Source of the DNA: Macrostomum lignano
Lineage: Eukaryota
Length of the DNA stretch: 53,181 bases
Direction: 5' to 3'
NCBI GenBank assembly: GCA_002269645.1
Contig: NIVC01003068.1
Coordinates: forward strand, 1 to 53,181
The translations under genes were made by a program, and so were the position numbers. Positions 50,886 to 53,181 of this stretch are shown one piece after another (the stretch's first letter is position 1; each line of letters begins with the position of its first letter). The notes under the pieces were generated by a model. The model did not search any database and had not been told where the DNA came from. It saw only the letters and a program-made list of their open reading frames with translations.

Positions 50886-51559
50886 TTTGCCTGAGAATAT
50901 TTTTCTGTGAAATGAAAGCTTTTGGTTGCTGTACGGCCGGTTTTTTAGCTGCTGCTGACTGGTTCCCATGGCAACCAGCCTCCTCATCAAACTTATGACG
51001 CCAACTGTATTATCCGCTTGCGTGCTGGTAGGGCAGAAGCCGGCAGCCTCTTCGCTAACAAGGTAGATTCTCAGAATTTTTCTCTTGCAGTTTCGCCAGC
51101 AATGGCAAACGGGCCTCCGCCATTGCTGACGGACTTCTTCCTAGAAATTTCCAGTCACTTTTTTCTTGCAGCTTCAAATAATTAATGAGAAATTGGTGAA
51201 GCTTTATGACTTGATAGAACCTGCTGCCTCATACCTGTAGTTTGCTAATTGGCTCAGCCTCAATTCCAACCAACCATCTGCCGCAGGGCCCATTGTGCAG
51301 GTTCCCGCGGCTGCTTCTCCAGAAATCTAGCAAAAATTCCGGTACATAAAAATTCATCATTCAAGAAGCAGTTGCACCAGAAATAATGGGGCACTTCATT
51401 GCTTTAAGTCTTTTTAGTGACTCGAGTAGTCAGGAAAATATTTCCCAGCTGGGAATGTAGGAAAAGCTTCTTTGGCAACCGCAAACCGATTTGGCAACCG
51501 ATAATAGAAATCAACCACAGTCTATTATCAGTTCTCAACATAATTTCCATCTAAATCGG

Positions 51560-52654
51560 GTCACTTTTGCAGGCGCTGGAACCATGCGTCGAAGCATCCC
51601 CAAGATCAGCTTTGATGAAGCTGTCCAGCTCAGCTTGCAGCGCAACAACCAGCTCCTCCCTCGAGTCGAAGCACTCCCCTTCAGACTTTTCTTCATCCTG
51701 GGAAAGAGGAAAAAGTCAGCAGGCGCCAGGTCCGGCGAATATGCCGAATGCGGCAGCTGGGCCTGCTGGTCGCCTGAAGGAACTCCTTGGGTCACTCGTG
51801 CCCGGTGCGCTGGAGCGTTGTCCTGATGGAGGAAGATGACTTTGTCAAGCGTCTTCGGCCGCTGCTATGCGAGCGCCTCCAGAACCTGAGGCAAGCAGAC
51901 GGTGCTGTACCATTCTGCCGTCACTGTGGCGCCTTGCTGCAACAGCACTGGCGGCAGGATGCCGCTGCGTCGGAAGAAAATGGCCGCCATCACTTTTCCG
52001 ACGCTGCGCTCGCGACGAAATTTGAGAGGAGCATCTTCCTCGTTGGTGACCCACTGCCGACTCTGCTCCTTGGTCTCTGGGTCATAGAAGTAGACTCAGG
52101 TTTTGTCGCCAGTGAGGATGTTATCTACCAACTTTGAGCGGCCTCCGTCAAACCTGGCCGCCATGAGGTCGGCGAACTCAACTCGGGCTCGCATCTGGTC
52201 AGCGCTGAGCTGGTGGGGCACCCAGCGAGCAGACAGCTTCCTCATGCCGAGGTGCTGGTGCAGGATCTTAATGATGGTGGAATCCGCACCCTGATGAGCT
52301 GCTCCAACCAGCAAATCGTCACTCGCTGATTTTCGTCTACGAGTAGGTGGCGTCGAACAGCAGCAACGACTCCGTCGGAAACAGCCGAACTCGGCAACCC
52401 TCGCGGGGATCATCGTCCCAGAGTGGCCGATCTGCAGTGGAAGCGCGCAAACCACTCATACACCATCGACTGGGATGGCAGGGGGCCACGTTCTCAGCCG
52501 AACTTTGCATGGTCACTGCGGCGCATTATTGCGACCGATCGAGCTAAAATTTTACAAGCAAACGTAGAACATACAACCCTAACTTTGGTTAAGATTTGTT
52601 TGATTTGCGCATTTTTAAGCTGCATTTTCCGGGAACTTAATAAGCACCCTCTCT
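51560..52654 (-). mobile_element. Degenerate mariner (D34D-type) DNA transposon; one TIR visible, 3' end missing
   Basis: VYEWFARF, HLGMRKLSARWVPHQL, ILTGDKT*VYFYDPETKEQS (Trp to stop), HQDNAPAH, PHSAYSPDLAPADFFLFPRMK, with several frameshifts. A TIR-like GAGGGTGCTTATTAAGTTCCCGG lies at about 52629-52654 next to TA. No partner TIR was found near 51.4-51.55 kb. Confidence 0.88.
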
Positions 52655-52744
52655 TAATTTAGTGCATGCAGTTTAGCACTGCACATGTCTTGACTCTGCA
52701 TTTCATGCATTTTAACACGAATGGCTCTGTATCTGTTTGCTTAT

Positions 52745-52920
52745 TACCCGACTGATGACTCGGACTGATGACCCAGACTGATGACCCAGACTGATGACCC
52801 AGACTGATGACCCAGACTGATGACTCAGACTGATGACTCAGACTGATGACCCAGACTGATTACCCAGACTGATGACCCAGACTGATGACTCAGACTGATG
52901 ACCCAGACTGATGACTCAGA
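52745..52920. repeat. 13-bp tandem repeat (GACTGATGACCCA)
   Basis: Directly visible. Confidence 0.95.
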
Positions 52921-53181
52921 CGGTCTGTCGGCAACGTGAGCTCCTGTCTGATTGAAGGCACTGAGACAGGCCATGAGAGCGGACGGGCACTGCGCGAGTG
53001 CTCAAAAGCCAAGCGATGTCGCTGCACATACTTGGGCATCGATCGATAGCAGGCAGGGTTTCAGTACGGCTGACCGGGAAGATGCAGCGCTGCGATGAGG
53101 ATGCCTCAGCAGCCTCATTTGTTGGACTTTCATTTGCTGGCCTGCGAGCCTAAAAGATCGCGTCAGCAGCTGCATGGAACC

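Noticed and set aside
52920-53181. GC-rich segment at the window edge
   Set aside because: May be part of a gene beyond the window; no frame gave a recognisable product.

Overview
Eukaryotic (animal) genomic DNA: GC-rich exons sit in AT-rich introns and intergenic DNA that are packed with micro- and minisatellites. The style resembles the flatworm Macrostomum, but that assignment is inference only. Six protein-coding loci are supported: a 5-finger C2H2 zinc-finger gene, MED11, a 9-exon BCH+RhoGAP gene (ARHGAP1/8-like, reconstructed by hand with consistent splice phases), an intronless DEG/ENaC channel, a 3-exon hydroxyproline-type proline dehydrogenase (PRODH2-like), and a secreted C-type lectin + PAN/apple gene broken by a single frameshift. 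Mobile DNA includes a non-autonomous Helitron with canonical ends inserted into a minisatellite, a second probable Helitron carrying a decayed LINE endonuclease, an LTR + tRNA-Leu PBS fragment inside an inverted-repeat element, a decayed mariner, tRNA-derived SINE heads and a TIR family with a degenerate TTAGGG core. About 20 tandem arrays account for most long ORFs in the supplied track, and those ORFs are artefacts. There is no CRISPR array, rRNA or intact tRNA gene. I could not establish a wholly new multi-gene system. The best leads are repeat-gene interactions (an array made from a gene's stop-codon region, an AG-free branch-point array, an intronic foldback), a local CpG desert, a candidate antisense nested exon, and motif changes in the channel and the dehydrogenase. 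All counts were made by eye.
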